From positions 6,596,234 through 6,660,233 of the forward strand of contig OZ316894.1 of assembly GCA_973895155.1 (NCBI GenBank): DNA of 64,000 nt, in the 5' to 3' direction. Below the pieces are notes generated by a model. That model saw only the letters and a program-made list of their open reading frames with translations, searched no databases and was not told the DNA's origin. The position numbers were made by a program, and so were the translations under genes. Positions 63,215 through 64,000 of the stretch are shown here, piece after piece. Numbering within the stretch: the first letter of the stretch is position 1; every line of letters begins with the position of its first letter. Source of the stretch: Marsupella aquatica. Taxonomy: Eukaryota > Plantae > Marchantiophyta.

Positions 63215-64000
63215 TGTTGATGACTGTATAGATATACGTAGACAGACTAGTCAGCAATTGCATTAGCTGTAGTTTTCAGCGACACGTAGTTAACCGTCGT
63301 TGTTTCTCTCTTTCTGTTCCACTTGGTTGCCAGCAGGGCCGCTCCCTGGATGCGCTCTACCCCACTTGGGCTGCGCCCCTGTCTGCCGCCCGAGGATGAT
63401 TGTTCCTTCATGTTATATGTCCCTGCCCTTGCAGTGATTGTATTATTATCAGGCATACCCTGAGAAGCAGATTTGAGCACTGCGTGCATATATTCCATCT
63501 CTTGTATATTCTCTCGTGTACATGCATCTACAAGTCGTTATGTGTTTTTAGATTCACAGGTTATGGGCCATTTAAATTTGATTTTCAAATCTAACTACAT
63601 TACACTTTGTTCTAGTACTTCGATAGTTCATTCGCTCCCCAGCTCTCATTGTACTACCTCTAATTCTTTACTTCTTGAAATTCTAGGTTTTGTTATCTCC
63701 AAGTCTAACATCTCCTTTGTTTCATGCTTCGATGGGTAGTTCTTCCATTGGCTACAATAGTCACCTGATACCGAAACTTGAAGGTAGCCAGAATTTCTCC
63801 ACCTGGAAAATTCCGTGCACGTCAACCCTTAAGGCTTCAGGTGCGTGGAACTTCATTGATGCTACTGCTACCGAACCAGTCAAGGATGATGCTGAGAAGG
63901 ACTACCAGTTTTGCTAAACGCCTGGAACTTTATCACTCTCGTGCTGCTTCTTGCCAATGTCAATAAATACAACACTGCAGGAGAAGATTCAAGTGCTACA
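63215..64000 (+). mobile_element. 5' end of a Ty1/Copia LTR retrotransposon (LTR about 63215-63558, PBS 63559-63569, gag from about 63732, frameshifted at about 63910)
   Basis: Gag N-terminus IPKLEGSQNFSTWK..LKASGAWNFIDATATEP. The LTR end ...TTCACA is followed by GGTTATGGGCC. The LTR start TGTTGA at 63215 is tentative. The element runs off the window. Confidence 0.8.

Overview
Eukaryotic nuclear DNA from a land plant, probably a non-seed plant such as a liverwort (inferred from gene content, GT-AG introns and LINE type). Four intact genes: an intronless fungal/bacterial-type DOPA 4,5-dioxygenase (14839-15312, -), an intronless SANT plus bromodomain protein (23191-26889, -), a 4-exon plastid-targeted protein of unknown function (35701-38341, +) and a 4-exon class I formin (40872-45003, -). 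Two pseudogenes: an F-box gene (about 2655-3954) and an intron-containing MYG1 copy (about 10698-13231) that the ORF track shows only in fragments. Intergenic DNA is rich in transposon debris: a decayed LINE carrying a TSD-flanked solo LTR, foldback/MITE elements, and the 5' end of a Copia element with a half-tRNA-iMet primer site. There are also many two-copy tandem duplications and two perfect hairpins. The best novelty candidate is the non-LigB DOPA dioxygenase. All calls were made by eye and no searches were run.
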